DNA from: Octopus bimaculoides
Taxonomy: Eukaryota
Direction: 5' to 3'
Assembly (NCBI RefSeq): GCF_001194135.2
Contig: NC_068982.1
Location: 110,476,746-110,540,745 of the forward strand
Length of the DNA stretch: 64,000 bases
The notes under the pieces: generated by a model
What the model saw: the letters and a program-made list of their open reading frames with translations, nothing else
What the model was told of the DNA's origin: nothing
The model's database searches: none
Made by a program: the position numbers and the translations under genes
Part shown: positions 25,881-39,627 of the stretch, in pieces
Position numbering within the stretch: the stretch's first letter is position 1
How the letters are laid out: every line of letters starts with the position of its first letter

Positions 25881-26330
25881 TTTTGCAACAAAATAACAAA
25901 CTCACGTGTACGAAGACATTTGTATAAAAGAGTGATAAGGTAAAGGGAGGCAATCAGCGTATTTTGTTTTCCTTTTCCGCTGCAAAACGTTCCTGTTCAA
26001 TTTCTGCTGAGTTGCTGGAACTTGTTTATTTAAAAAATTTTTTACCAAGCTTTTCCTCCCTTCTCGGTCTTGGGTTTTCTTTATATATTGATGTACGCAT
26101 TGCAAGTGTTTTCTTGGGTTTGGTAATTTTCATTGCACTGATTCCTTGAAAGGAGACGCATCTTCTCTCGAGATGGGTACCGTCAGTTGCAAATGAGTTC
26201 ATCCGCCTTCGATTTTTTTTTTTTATATTGCTGTGTGCCCACACCCCCTCTTCACTGGACAAGTTCAGTAGTTGTCAGATTTAGTTGCCGATCGTTCGAC
26301 GATGAACAGGTAGTACTAGAATAGGGTTAC
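25881..26330. promoter_or_regulatory. Probable DDX10 promoter / 5' UTR region
   Basis: Visibly more CpG dinucleotides than the CpG-poor surroundings, directly upstream of the inferred ATG; TSS not determinable. Confidence 0.5.
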
Positions 26331-27984
26331 CAATAGAAAGTTTCCACCAGCGTATGAGTTGGTCAAACAAGTGACTGTTGAAACTGAAGCAATTACATCA
26401 TGGGAGAGCCATTACAAACATCTAAAAACACTTAAAAATAATTCTAGCTGTTTATTAGTCCTTACGCTTATTAATTTATCGATTGGCTTGAAGTGACCAG
26501 AGGTGTACTTTCACACTAGGTGTGTCTGTATGCAAGATTAGAAAGTCAGTATTGTTGAAGGAGAAAAATTTAGAAGCTTTAACTGTCACGTAAAAAAAGA
26601 TATGCTTAATCTGATTTTTTTTTAAGAGACAGGGGTTAAAAATAATTCTAGCTTTTTATTTGTCCTTACACTTATTAATTTCTTGATTTATTTGTTAGAT
26701 ATTAGCATGTGCAGGATTTTGGTTTTCATATATTGCAAATTGGGAAACAGTTGATAAAAATAAAGTACCAGTAATATACAGAGTGAGGAAAAACTCTCCT
26801 ATGTTAGCTACATGAAGACACTGTCACCAACTGTCTAACTTCACCATCACTACACCAACTGCTTAACTTCATCACCACACCAACAGTTATGTAAAATAAG
26901 AACAAAAATCTTTCGTATTTTAGATGGTCATTTGTGTGCTGCTTGCGAAGTTAGGCAGGTGGTAACTGTGTCTTCATGTAGCTAATGTTAGAGGTATTTT
27001 GCTGCACCCTGTACTTTTATTATTAATGGTAGTCAATCAAACAAAAGAGCTTCTAAGTGACCAAATCTCCCTCAAGTCATATTCTACTGTCTAGACAAAA
27101 GAAGGATACATGAGATTGATTGTTGATAACAGTTTTTTGTGTCAAAAGGTCATGAGGAATATTGGCATGTCTACACGCAGAGCTGAGGTTGTAACTGTCA
27201 GTACCATTCAGTGCTTGTAGTTTTTGCCTCTCTCCATCATTGCAGGGTTTTTCTTCCTGCTTGTGTTTAGTAGTTTTAAAATGAGGGTCAGTCTGTGCAA
27301 TCCGATCCTACTCTTTAGACATGGAGGTTGGACCACAGTGGTTCAACAGTCTAAGATGGCTGGGGTGGTGATGAGCAAGCTGCAGGTTTTACATTGAAGT
27401 GACTTTCTAATTAAATTGGCTTACAGAACTGAAGAGCTCCACCTAACCTACAGTTGCTAGAAAGTTATCAAAAACAGCACCTGACCACTTGAGGGACTTT
27501 GGTCCTTGATTTGCTATAGAGATTGACTCTCGTAGCCTTTTCCTTTTTCAAGGCACTCATAAGGCAATGAAGGGGTTGTGCTTGGAGTCTTTTCCATAAC
27601 ATGCTAATTATCCCATAGCTCAGAACCTGACAGGTGCCAATACTCTGGGCCAGAAAACAACAGTGGCTAAAAGTTAGTTCCATATTCCTCAAAATGCTGG
27701 AGATCCTGAATCAGGGCCTCACTACCAGACACAGTTTAAAGTCATATCCAGGATGTATACAGATATAAAAATATGGGATGAACACAGTTTGAATGATTTG
27801 TTCATATATCAGCTTGTTCAAGGCTGGTCTGGGACTAAACAACTACAGAAACATTGAGTTATCTTGAGATTTTGTGGCTAGCCAAAATAAACCGTCTATG
27901 ATGGAACCAACATTGATTTTGATGATAAGTATTCAGTTGTTCAATTAACTGAACATAGTGATAAATGTAATGTTATTCGTTCTA

Positions 27985-28172
27985 GCTTCAGGTCAATCCT
28001 GATCAAACAAACTTGTAATCAAAGACATTCTAACCATCACCCTCCCTGCTTTTTAACAATTTATCATGAACTACATTATTCAATATTGTTCCTCAATAGG
28101 GTGTGATTTTAGAGAGATTTGGCTGCTATTTCTAGTAGGTGACTGACTACATAAAGGCTCCATCATTAGCTC
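27985..28172 (+). repeat. Copy of an abundant unclassified dispersed repeat (core GATTTGGCTGCTATTTCTAG)
   Basis: Related copies at about 4735-4950 (-), 35795-35975 (+), 49930-50050 (+), 50370-50570 (-) and 51070-51475 (+, split by a MITE). Confidence 0.6.
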
Positions 28173-28249
28173 AATGAAAATGGTGATGACAATGACAATG
28201 ATGATGTTATCAGATATAGGACCATTACTCCATTATGGATCTCACATGA

Positions 28250-29790
28250 TCTTTTGTAGAGTGTCATTAATTATTAGGGGCTGAAATGTTGATAGAGTTA
28301 GAAGGGTTGCCTTTCTTGAGGGAAGAATACACAGTAGTAAGTTTACAAAGATCAGGTTATATTCCTGTAGAAGGTAAGAGACTGAAGGAATTGGTGAGTA
28401 TAGAGACAAACTCCAAAGCACAATGTTTAAGAGTAACAGAAGGGACATTTTCAGGAGTGGTGGACATATTGGTGTGAAACGACCAGAAGTATACTTTCAC
28501 ACATGATGTGTCTGTGTGAGAGGTAGGAAACTCAGTAGTTTTGAAGGAGAAAAATTTAAAGAATATTTACCAAATGTGTGTAGAGTGGAGCTGGATGCAA
28601 AATGAGTAGCAAAGTGAAAGCTTTCTCTGTAGAATACTGCTTATAGAGCCACCATTGTTGAGCAATTGAGGAAAAGAGAATTCTGCAAAGTTTGTGAAGA
28701 CTATTCAAGGATCTACAAAGATTGGTTGCAGTTTGAAAGGCAAGATATCTTGTAGGCATCTTGAGTATTTTGGAAAGTGGTAAGACTTGCAAGAGTTGCA
28801 TTACTGGCAGTACACTGCCCAGTTTTGGAGAGTATGTGAGTTTCTGCAGGCATTGTGGGACATGATTTTGCTGAATAGCCACAGCACAGCTATGAGCGAA
28901 CCATCTGAAGGACTTGGAGCACTAAGTTTTTGTTGTATAAGGGGTGTGGAGGGACATACCAAAGGGATAGATTCAGTTGCCTGCCTAGCTGTTTTATGAT
29001 GGATCAGGGGTGAAGCAGCTTTGCTACCAAGGATAACTAATGTAAAACTGGAGGAGTTGTGACCATTCAATTGACTTGAAGAGTCAAAGAGTTTGGGTAG
29101 TTGTTAAGTATGTGAAATATGTTGGGTGGTTGCAATGAGGCAGTGGTCAGATAACTTGATAGGTGCAGAGACAGTTACAGTTTGGTGTTAGGTTTCGAGG
29201 TGAGCAAGAGATCAACGGTCTTTGAAATGCCTGCATGTTAGTCAGGGTTGTGAGTCAAGTTGATGAAGAGAGGTGAGAATTGCAAAAACATCTGCTTCTG
29301 CACTACCAGTATCAGTTTGGGACGAGTGTGAGAGCCACATTGTGTTGTGAGTGTCAAAATCACTGAGGATGATAACAATGAAGGCGGTATGATGAAAAAA
29401 TTGGCTGGTGATTTGAAGAATTTGGAGAGTGGTTGAGGGAGCAAATGTATTCAGAGACTTGGAGCCAGAGTAACTTGGAATCGTTATTGTTGAAATAGAG
29501 AGGTGAGTGACAAACACCACTTTTGGAGTGAAGTTTGAGTGGGGACTGTAGTCTTATTTCTAGATAGAGGTTGAGAAATTTGTCTCATAGAGGAATAGGA
29601 CCTGTAAGAAGTGATGGTGTAAAGGGTGATGCATAGGATGTGAGAGAAGAGAAGGAAAAGTTGGCCTGGAGGTTTTGTTCTATTTTTGAGAAGTTTAGAG
29701 GGTGATAATGTATGAACAGATCATGATAAATCTTTAAATGCTTGTAAAAGTCATAACTCCACCAAAGACACCTTAAACCAAGTGGTAGTG
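28250..29790 (-). mobile_element. Degenerate CR1/L2-group LINE fragment (AP endonuclease and linker)
   Basis: Broken frames give IILSDFDTHNTMWL (GDFNAH-like), DLLLTSKP and VSAPIKLSDHCLI (SDH motif); boundaries approximate. Confidence 0.7.
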
Positions 29791-30387
29791 TTAAACCAGA
29801 CAGCATAATGTGCTTCAACCCAGAAAATAATTTGGAACCTTCTACTCCATATATAAGTAGATTTCATTTGAATAATGATGATGATGGTGGTGGTGGTGGT
29901 GGTGGTGGTGGTGGTTGCAGCAGTGGTGACTTTCATAAGACTATCATGTTGATGAGAATAGATTTATATGATGAGAATAATAACCCTAAGTGGCTGTATA
30001 TGTATTTACCTATTTGTTTAAATGAATATATTTATTTACCTACTAATTTATTTTGTGAGACAAAATCATACCTGAGTCATAGTAGCAATTCAAACGCCTC
30101 CTTGACTCTATTGACTTTCAATGTCACTCCTGTGAGTGGGGTATACTAGAGGGAGTAAGAGTACAGATAAGATGGAATGTCGTTATTGCTCTGAAATAAC
30201 AAACAGATCAAATCATATCTACACAAACATGAAAGCAAATTTGTACATGCGCACACACACACACACACACATACACACACTTACTCTCACACTGTCAGCT
30301 GTACACAAACAAGAACAGTCATCAGTTAAATTAGTCAACAGAATCTGTAAGGATACCTCTCAGTGAGACTGTTCCTGTTATTGTGTA

Positions 30388-30423
<36 letters not shown>

Positions 30424-30425
<2 letters not shown>

Positions 30426-30607
30426 TCTCTCTTTCTCTTTTACTCTTTTACTTGTTTCAGTCATTTGACTTTGGCCATGCTGGCGCACCGCCTTTAGTCG
30501 AGAAAATCGACCCCAAGACTTATTCTTTGTAAGCCTTGTACTTATTCTATCGGTCTTTTTTTGCCGAACCGCTAAGTTACAGGGACATAAACATACCAGC
30601 ATCGGTT
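30424..30607 (-). mobile_element. SINE family B 3' portion, truncated by gap
   Basis: Minus strand ends ..CCAGCATGGCC..GTCAAATGACTGAAACAAGTAAAAGAGTAAAAGAG; a similar copy lies at about 43360-43560. Confidence 0.7.
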
Positions 30608-31083
30608 NNNNNNNNNNNNNNNNNNNNNNNNNNNNNNNNNNNNNNNNNNNNNNNNNNNNNNNNNNNNNNNNNNNNNNNNNNNNNNNNNNNNNNNNNNNNN
30701 NNNNNNNNNNNNNNNNNNNNNNNNNNNNNNNNNNNNNNNNNNNNNNNNNNNNNNNNNNNNNNNNNNNNNNNNNNNNNNNNNNNNNNNNNNNNNNNNNNNN
30801 NNNNNNNNNNNNNNNNNNNNNNNNNNNNNNNNNNNNNNNNNNNNNNNNNNNNNNNNNNNNNNNNNNNNNNNNNNNNNNNNNNNNNNNNNNNNNNNNNNNN
30901 NNNNNNNNNNNNNNNNNNNNNNNNNNNNNNNNNNNNNNNNNNNNNNNNNNNNNNNNNNNNNNNNNNNNNNNNNNNNNNNNNNNNNNNNNNNNNNNNNNNN
31001 NNNNNNNNNNNNNNNNNNNNNNNNNNNNNNNNNNNNNNNNNNNNNNNNNNNNNNNNNNNNNNNNNNNNNNNNNNNNNATATAT

Positions 31084-31372
31084 ATATAAGAAATTGAGAT
31101 GACAAAGGTATAAAAAAATTATCTTATGAACTTCAATAGAGTTGTTTCTTCTATAAAATTCAATGGACTCATAGTTGAGTGACTGAGTATTACCTTATAG
31201 CTTCACTGGAGCCTCAGACAAGTAAGGACACTTCATGCTTGAGGCTCCAATGAAGCTATAAGGTGATATCCAGGCACTCAACTCTGAGCCCACTGCATCT
31301 TATAGCAGAAACGGCTCGATTGAAGTTCATAAGATAATTGTTTATTCCCTTATCATTTCATTTTCTTATTAC
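31084..31372. mobile_element. Foldback/MITE-like palindrome (about 130-bp arms, about 22-nt loop)
   Basis: The left arm aligns to the reverse complement of the right arm along its whole length (e.g. TACCTTATAGCTTCACTGGAGCCTCA vs TGAGGCTCCAATGAAGCTATAAGGTG); no coding capacity. Confidence 0.75.
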
Positions 31373-31456
31373 AGCTCTGTAGTTGACTAATGCTTCATTC
31401 TGAAGCATGTGTATATTGAGTTCTACACCAAGTTATTAGTATCGCAATCCTAAGCA

Positions 31457-32452
<996 letters not shown>

Positions 32453-33322
32453 CTACAAAAAAAAAAAAGGATCAAACGTCCTTCCTGAGCCATAGGCTCA
32501 TAAAGCCAGTTTGCAACCAAGTGAGCTGGAGCAATTTAAAATGAATTGTTTTGCTCAAGAACATATGTCACCTGGTCCAGAAATTAATACTGATCATGAG
32601 TGCAACCAATAAGCCATGAACCTACACACGCACTCATATATATATATCCTGTATACCTGTATTCACCACTCACTGCATTTCTCTTCACCTCTCCTTTATT
32701 TTCTACTCACCTTTTGCACTCTTCTGAACACCCTGCTCACTCACCCTGTCCAGTCCTCTCTACCACTCAACCTACTTCACCTCCCTGTATTTTAAGGGTA
32801 CACCCAAACATATCTTCATAACCATCTTCTCTCTCTATCCCTCTCTCCATCTTTCTTTCTTCCGATTGGGGTAACCACATATCTCTTCTACAGTAAGACA
32901 CTTGTTTTTTTCTTTCAATTATAGTTTAATTTCTCATCACCTGGTACAAAGCCACTTCTCTCAGCCGAGAGGTCTTTGTCTTGCAAGTTACTCAGTGACC
33001 TCACTAATGCTAGTGCTACATAAAATGCACCAAGTACACTCCTGTCAAACTGTCCAACCAATGCCAGCATGGAAGAGGGATGTTAATAATGATGATGATG
33101 ATGATGATGATGATATACACATACACACAGGTGCATGGCCTAGTGTTTATGGTATTGGGCTCAAATAATAAGTTTGTGCATTTGATTTCTAGACTGGGTA
33201 GTGTGTTGTGTCCTTGAGCTAGGAAAATCATTTCACTTAGCTCTAGTCTACTTAAGTGAAAGTAGACACCAGTTGACTGCTGGAGGGGGCCCTTTCTCTC
33301 TCCATGTATATAAATTATATAT

Positions 33323-33713
33323 GTTGTTGTTGTTGGCACTCCGTCACTAACAACGTCGAGGGTTCCAGTTGATCCGATCAACAGAACAGCCTGCTCGTGA
33401 AATTAACGTGCAAGTGGCTGAGCACTCCACAGACACGTGTACCCTTAATGTAGTTCTCGGAGATATTCAGCGTGACACAGTGTGACAAGGCTGTCCCTTT
33501 GAATTACAGGCACAACAGAAACAGGAAGTAAGAGTGAGAGAAAGTTGTGGTGGAAGAGTACAGCAGGGTTCGCCACCATCCCGTGCCGGAGCCTCGTGGA
33601 GCTTTTAGGTGTTTTTGCTCAATAAACACTCACAACGCCTGGTCTGGGAATCGAAACCGCGATCCTATGACCGCGAGTCCGCTGCCCTAACCACTGGGCC
33701 ATTGCGCCTCCAC
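33323..33713 (-). mobile_element. Full-length tRNA-derived SINE (family C), relatively young
   Basis: Minus strand: GGAGGCGCAATGGCCCAGTGGTTAGG (A box), GGTTTCGATTCCC (B-box-like), (AAC)n tail; CpGs well preserved. Confidence 0.88.
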
Positions 33714-33752
<39 letters not shown>

Positions 33753-34879
33753 ATACCATCATCATCATCATCATTGTTTTCATGTTCACTTTTCCATGCT
33801 TGCAAGGGTCAGACAGAATTTGTTGAAGGAGATTTTCTATGGCCTGATGCCTTTCTTGTCAGTAACCCTCACCTGTTTCCAAGCATAGAAATATTTCCCA
33901 TAGCCAAACATGTCTTTTACAGGAGACTGGAAACAAACAACAGTGCTTGTATGATAGTCATGTTCATTTGCAACCATCACATGATGTCAAGACAAGAGTA
34001 AACACACACACACACACATTTATATGATCGACTTTTTCCATCTACTAGATCTATTCACAAGGCTTTAGTTAGCCTGGGGCTATAGTAGAAAATACTTGCT
34101 CAAGGTGTCACACGGTGGGATTGATCCTGAAGCCAAATGGCTAGAAAGTTTGCTTCCTTACCATGTAGAGAGGAGATAAGAGTTGTGTCTCTTTGGCTCA
34201 TTAGGATGGAAATTAACACTGTTTAGTTGTGAGTATTTAATTCAAAGGTGAAAGGCTAAAAATACGCCACACAAAGGTTCAAAATATTCTGCACACCATC
34301 AAGTGGAGTACTGTGGAGTGATCCACATCAATCATTAATAGGCGAAGGAGGTGCAAGCTTTGTATAGCTGAAAGAACTCATATTCTTTCTTAATCTAAGA
34401 ACTCCACCGACCTAGTGAACTTGAGATTGGAAATTTTCTTTAATGCAAGCATTTCGACAAGTTTCTACTATTAAACTGGAGAACACTAGCCTCTCTGGAT
34501 TAGACACACAGTCTTACAAACTTTCACTTTTCCCCATCAAATTCAGTTTACCAGCCATTATTAGTTCTCATTCTAACAGGGCAAAGGGACACAACTCTTA
34601 TTATAATCCCTCAGACTTCCCTTTACTCGTTTCTTGCAGAGATCAGCAATGTTTATTTTGAGCTTGAAAGATTGTAGGACAGTACAACAGCACACAATAT
34701 AAACTTGTCCTTTTACTGCATTATTAGAGCATGAGACTGGTAGTAACTCACATTTGAATCCTGTGTTTACTACATTTGAATCCTCTGTGATATATATATG
34801 ACTGTTTTCTTCTGTTTTTAATTATTTGAAATATTCCTTTGAGGGAGTTCGTTTTTAACAAAGATGGAATGTTGGTAAC

Positions 34880-35530
34880 AAAAACAAATTCACATTTTAA
34901 ACTTTTACTATTCCACTTACAAATTGTATTTGTAATGTGCAAGTTTTCAAGGTGATTTCTTTTTCTGAAAACGCCATCTTATCCAGATTGTCACTTAAGC
35001 ATTTACTCCCAAAAGCAAGTGCACCATTATTGATATAATTACGAATTCATAATTTGGATATAGAAGCTGGAGGTTTTGAAGCAGCTGTCCACAGTCGGCC
35101 GCTTTCTCTTTAATTTTCAAACAACAACAGTTGGAAACAAACAACAGTGCTTGTATGATGGTCATGTTCATAGGCCACACAAAGGTTAAAAATATTCTAC
35201 ACACCATCAAGTGGAGTACTGTGGAGTGATCCACATCATACATTCAAAACCTCCAGCTTCTATATCCAAATTATGAATTCGCATTTATATCATCATACAT
35301 TATGACAACAGGGCAGTTGTCCTCTGTGATGGTACATACTTTTACTTGTCTGTCCCAGACAGCAATAACTGGCATCTTATGTTTACACTTCAGTAAAACT
35401 GTTATATTTATAAGAAAATAACTAAAAAAGTTGAAGACCATTATAACAAAATTATGTTGGATGCTTGCACATCATCAATCACATTTCTGCTCACTGATAA
35501 CGCAATATTCACATTTTAATCTCAACAAAG
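34880..35530 (-). mobile_element. Decayed C-terminal restriction-like endonuclease region of an R4/Dong- or NeSL-like non-LTR element
   Basis: KCKHKMPVIAVWDRQVKVCTI (degenerate RPD-x-D motif) and LKIKEK..GQLLQNLQLLYPNYEFVII resemble RLE-clade ends; interrupted by an insertion at 35132-35292. Confidence 0.6.
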
Positions 35531-36339
35531 ATTTCTCCTTTTTATTTTTCTTTGAAAATGTTTTAAAATTATAAATATTGTAGTTGGTTTAAATATTATA
35601 TCTCTAAAAAAAAATCATGATCTTTCTTGATACCTAGAACCTTATATAGTGCCTTCTTGATATTTACTGCCTCTTATGAATTCACAAATCCCCCAGGTTA
35701 AGTACCACTGATATAGATTAATATAAAATATTTATAGTGTCAACTGAGGTTAACCTGTATCATACCATGATGGTGCTGCTGTTGTTGTTATTGTTATTTA
35801 GTGTAGGTTAACTCTGATTGAGCAGATCTACATTCAAAGACATTCTAGCCTTCTCTTTCAAGATATCTAATATTGTATTATCCAATCTATTCTTTCTTTA
35901 TTTAAGTCTGTAGTGTGTGATTTAAGTGAGATTTGACAGCTATTTCTAGAAGGTCATGCAACCATGTTGCAGCTTTCACAATGGCTTATTGTTTTATGGG
36001 GAGGCAGGGTGGTAACACAGATGGCAGTGAATATGGCATGTGTGTGTGGGAGGAGAAGTCATGTGGTCATTAATTTTCTGATAATCTTCAATGGTGCAAA
36101 CAAACTATGCCTTCCTTATTAGTCAGATTCTGGTACCAGAAATCTGTATTAGTTGTCAGCTATTCTGATAAATTTTTGTTTACGTCTTCTGCCTGGGAGA
36201 ATAACATATGGAGTAGCTAGTATCAGTTTGAACCACATACACAATCTAGTAATTATGTATGTATATATGTAGTGTGTGTGTGTGTGTGTGTGGATGTGCT
36301 TTTGTGGGGGAGGAAGGGGCAGTGCCTCATAGACCAGTG

Positions 36340-36800
36340 AGGTTGATGCCATTAACATTTGACTTAAGGCAGATGATTGAAAGAAAAATATCTGTAGGGA
36401 AGGAATTTTAGAGAAGACAGAAAGAAGGACTTGACAGAGTGGTTAGTGTGGGAAACTTGAAAGGTTGAACTCAGCATGTATGGTGAGAGGAGGACAGATG
36501 AATGAAACATGAGTGCCTGTGTGAAAGTGACACAAACCAGCTCTGAGGAACAAAGGCTATTGTCGTACAGGCAGAAAAAGCAGAGAGGAAATAGCAGATC
36601 TGTGGGTGAGCAGTTGGAGTTTGAGAGTGACTTTATACTACTCAGCTGAGTGACCTTTCTGTGGATGCTGTCAAGGATTCCTGTCTGTGTAGCAGCACCC
36701 AGCACCCCAGATGTGGGAGCAGTACTCTGTATGGTTCTTTCCTGAGCTTTATAGAGGTTGAGTAGTTGTTAGGAGCTGTAATATTTTCAGGCTCTGAAGA
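36340..36800 (-). mobile_element. Degenerate CR1/L2-group LINE RT C-terminal fragment
   Basis: GAATQTGILDSIHRKV...LCFFCLYDNSLCSSEL resembles the post-RT region of CR1-like LINEs. Confidence 0.6.
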
Positions 36801-37450
36801 GAAGTGCCATTCTTTGAGATGTACTTTTTGCTATATTGAAATACATTAGCCTGGAGAAATTGTACATGATAATGAGGTATAGCAGTTTGAGTGATTGTGA
36901 ATGTTGTATGTTAATTTTGTTTAAGGAAGTGAGGTTAAATAATGTTTTCTTGGCATGCATGAGTGTATGTAACTGTATTTGTATATGGACATGTGTTTGT
37001 GTGTATGTTAGGGACTTTAAAATAAACAAGTATGTGTGTCTGTGAGTAACCATACGTGTTTATGTGTGTGTGTGTGTTTAAGTATGTATGCAGAATATAC
37101 ATACACATGTATATGGGTATGTGGACAGAAGTTTTAGACTTCATCCCACTGTGTGGCATCTTTTACTAACTCCTTGGGTCAACTCAAGCCTTGTGAGTGA
37201 AACTGAGTAAACTGGAAACTGTGCAGAAGCTTTCCTGTGATTGAAAGCTACAGCTATGTTACTGATTCAGCTTGTGGATTATATTGAGAGGGTGCATGCC
37301 TGGAATACTCATCCAGTAATATACTAATTCAATAAGTTGGTAATTCAGTTGATCAGACAACTGAATACACATCATTGTGTGTTTATGTGGCCATGTGCAT
37401 ATATAAACAAGTCTGTGTGAATATAAGGTGAAAACGTGCATGAGTTAATG

Positions 37451-37505
<55 letters not shown>

Positions 37506-38561
37506 GTGTATGTGTGTGTGTGTGTTTGCTACTCAATGTATATCAATATGGTGGTGGGTATGTAGGTAGTGTTGAGATAGATACAAAATATATTGCTCAT
37601 TTTCTGATAACAAATTCCATAGATTATCAGAGATTAGTAAGAAAATATTTTTAGTTTTAATTATGGAAGAAACAAACGTACTTTGCTATCAAAGGAAATG
37701 TTGAAACACTTGTTTCTGATGAGAAGGAACATAGTTTATGCTGATAAGTAATGAAAACTTCTATGAGAAAACAGTGCAGTCTATTAAAGTCTATTTAAAG
37801 TCTATCTCAAGCCAAGATTCATTTAACTGTCTCATTTGGTCAGTTTCTGAGGTATTTTAAAACCTGTTGTCACAAGACTACTCCTTGAACAAGATGATAG
37901 TCTGCCACAGGGTTAATATCCAAGCTATTCTTTTTTAATTGAGTGTACTGAAGCCATTCAAAATGAATTACCTTGCTTGGGGATACAAAAATGCTGTCTG
38001 GCCCCAAAATCAAACTCACACCCTTGTAATTGTGTTCCTGACACATTTACCACTAGACTACATAACACCCAAATTATGAATATGCAAGAAAATAGCTAAT
38101 GGGAAGATTAAATGTGTGACTAAAATGTTGCAATGAACATTATATATATAATTGTTTGACTGTAATGACAGACAATCATAACACTTCTCACTTATTGCAG
38201 CTTTCATAGTCAATCATGGTCCTATGTTTGGGTGAGCAGTTTTTGCTATTTGTGGTATTTGAGTCCCTGGATAAAATTGAACTCAGAACTCAAAGTGCCA
38301 GAACAAATACTACAAGACATCTTGTCTATTATTCTAACAATTCTACCAATCAGCTACTCTGGAGTAGTACTTTATTTAACAACCACAAAAGGATAAAAAG
38401 CAATATTGACTTTGGTGGGATTTGAACTTAGAGCCTAGACAGATGCAACAAACACTGAAAGGCATTTTATCTGATACCTTGATGACTTTTCCAATTATTC
38501 ACATTAATATTCATGTGTAAAGAATCCTTTGAGCTTGTCCAAGCTTTCAATTTGATAGTTT

Positions 38562-38974
38562 TGTAGTGGCGCCTAATAGCAGACGCCATTTCCGGAGAGT
38601 TTATCCATGCATGCGCAGGGACTAGTTCCGGAGGGAATACAGGAAGAGTCTCATGTGCATGCGTAGTCATCCATATCCAAGCGTTCGCGTGGATTTCACC
38701 CTCTTTGCTCGCTGACCTTCGAGGAGCCTAGACGTTGTAGCAGCAGCTCTCCGACAACCCAACACTGGAGCTACACAGATAACCACGCAACTTCATTGAC
38801 GGCGTCTCAGTAACCAAAGGGCGAAGTGCTGCCGAATTCCCTCCAAGTGCGAGCAGAATTCTATTGTAATAAATATTGTTGTGTTGATAGTTTAGAGCCT
38901 GCGTTCCGTTTTCTTCAAGAAATTTAATGTACGGGAGCGGAGTACACCTAATGGTGTATAACCACTTCCCTACA
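38562..38974 (+). mobile_element. Solo LTR (413 bp), probably Ty3/gypsy
   Basis: TGTAG...CTACA inverted termini, 4-bp TSD GTTT on both sides, AATAAA at 38868-38873, CpG-rich compared with flanks. Confidence 0.85.
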
Positions 38975-39169
38975 GTTTTCTTCCCTTAAGCTCATAGTAT
39001 TTGAAGCATCAAGAACCATGAACTATAAGCATTACTGAGTTGAAATGACAAAGGGTCACAAATTTGTTGGGGATGGAGTATATCTGAGTAGATTGACTGA
39101 AGTACATTGTTGGTACTTCTTGATTTGGGGTGGGTATCAGTATTAACACTGGTAGGATTTGAACTTGAA

Positions 39170-39400
39170 ACAAAGAGGGAGCAAAAAAAATACTGGCTTC
39201 AAACTTTGGTCCAAGGCCAGCAATTTCGGGGGAGGGGTAAGCTGAATTCATTGACCCCAATCTACAACTAGCACTTATTTTATTGACCATGAAAGGCAAA
39301 GTTGACCTTGGTGAAATTTGAACTCAGAATGTAAAGACAGACAAAATGCTGCTAAGCAGTTTTTCCGGTGTGCCAATGATGCTGCCAGCTCGTAACCTTA
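39170..39400 (-). mobile_element. SINE family A copy
   Basis: Reverse-complement match to 9015-9245. Confidence 0.75.
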
Positions 39401-39627
39401 GGGGAAAAGAAATATTGAAAAACATTTAATGTTTTTAACACCAAGCCAAGTCACTTGAAACCAAAACTCAATCAAAATCTATTAATAACATTGAATGACT
39501 TGATGCAATTTCAGTCAAAGTCAATATAATATATCAATTTCCCATGTCAAAGTTATTTAATAAAACTCTCTGAACTCTTTATTTTATTGAAGACTAGGAG
39601 CAATGTCCATTCTCACCCATGTTTATA

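Noticed and set aside
26295-26320. ATGAACAG|GTAGTA as first exon of a divergent plus-strand gene
   Set aside because: I found no downstream plus-strand exons with protein similarity in the next 37 kb.
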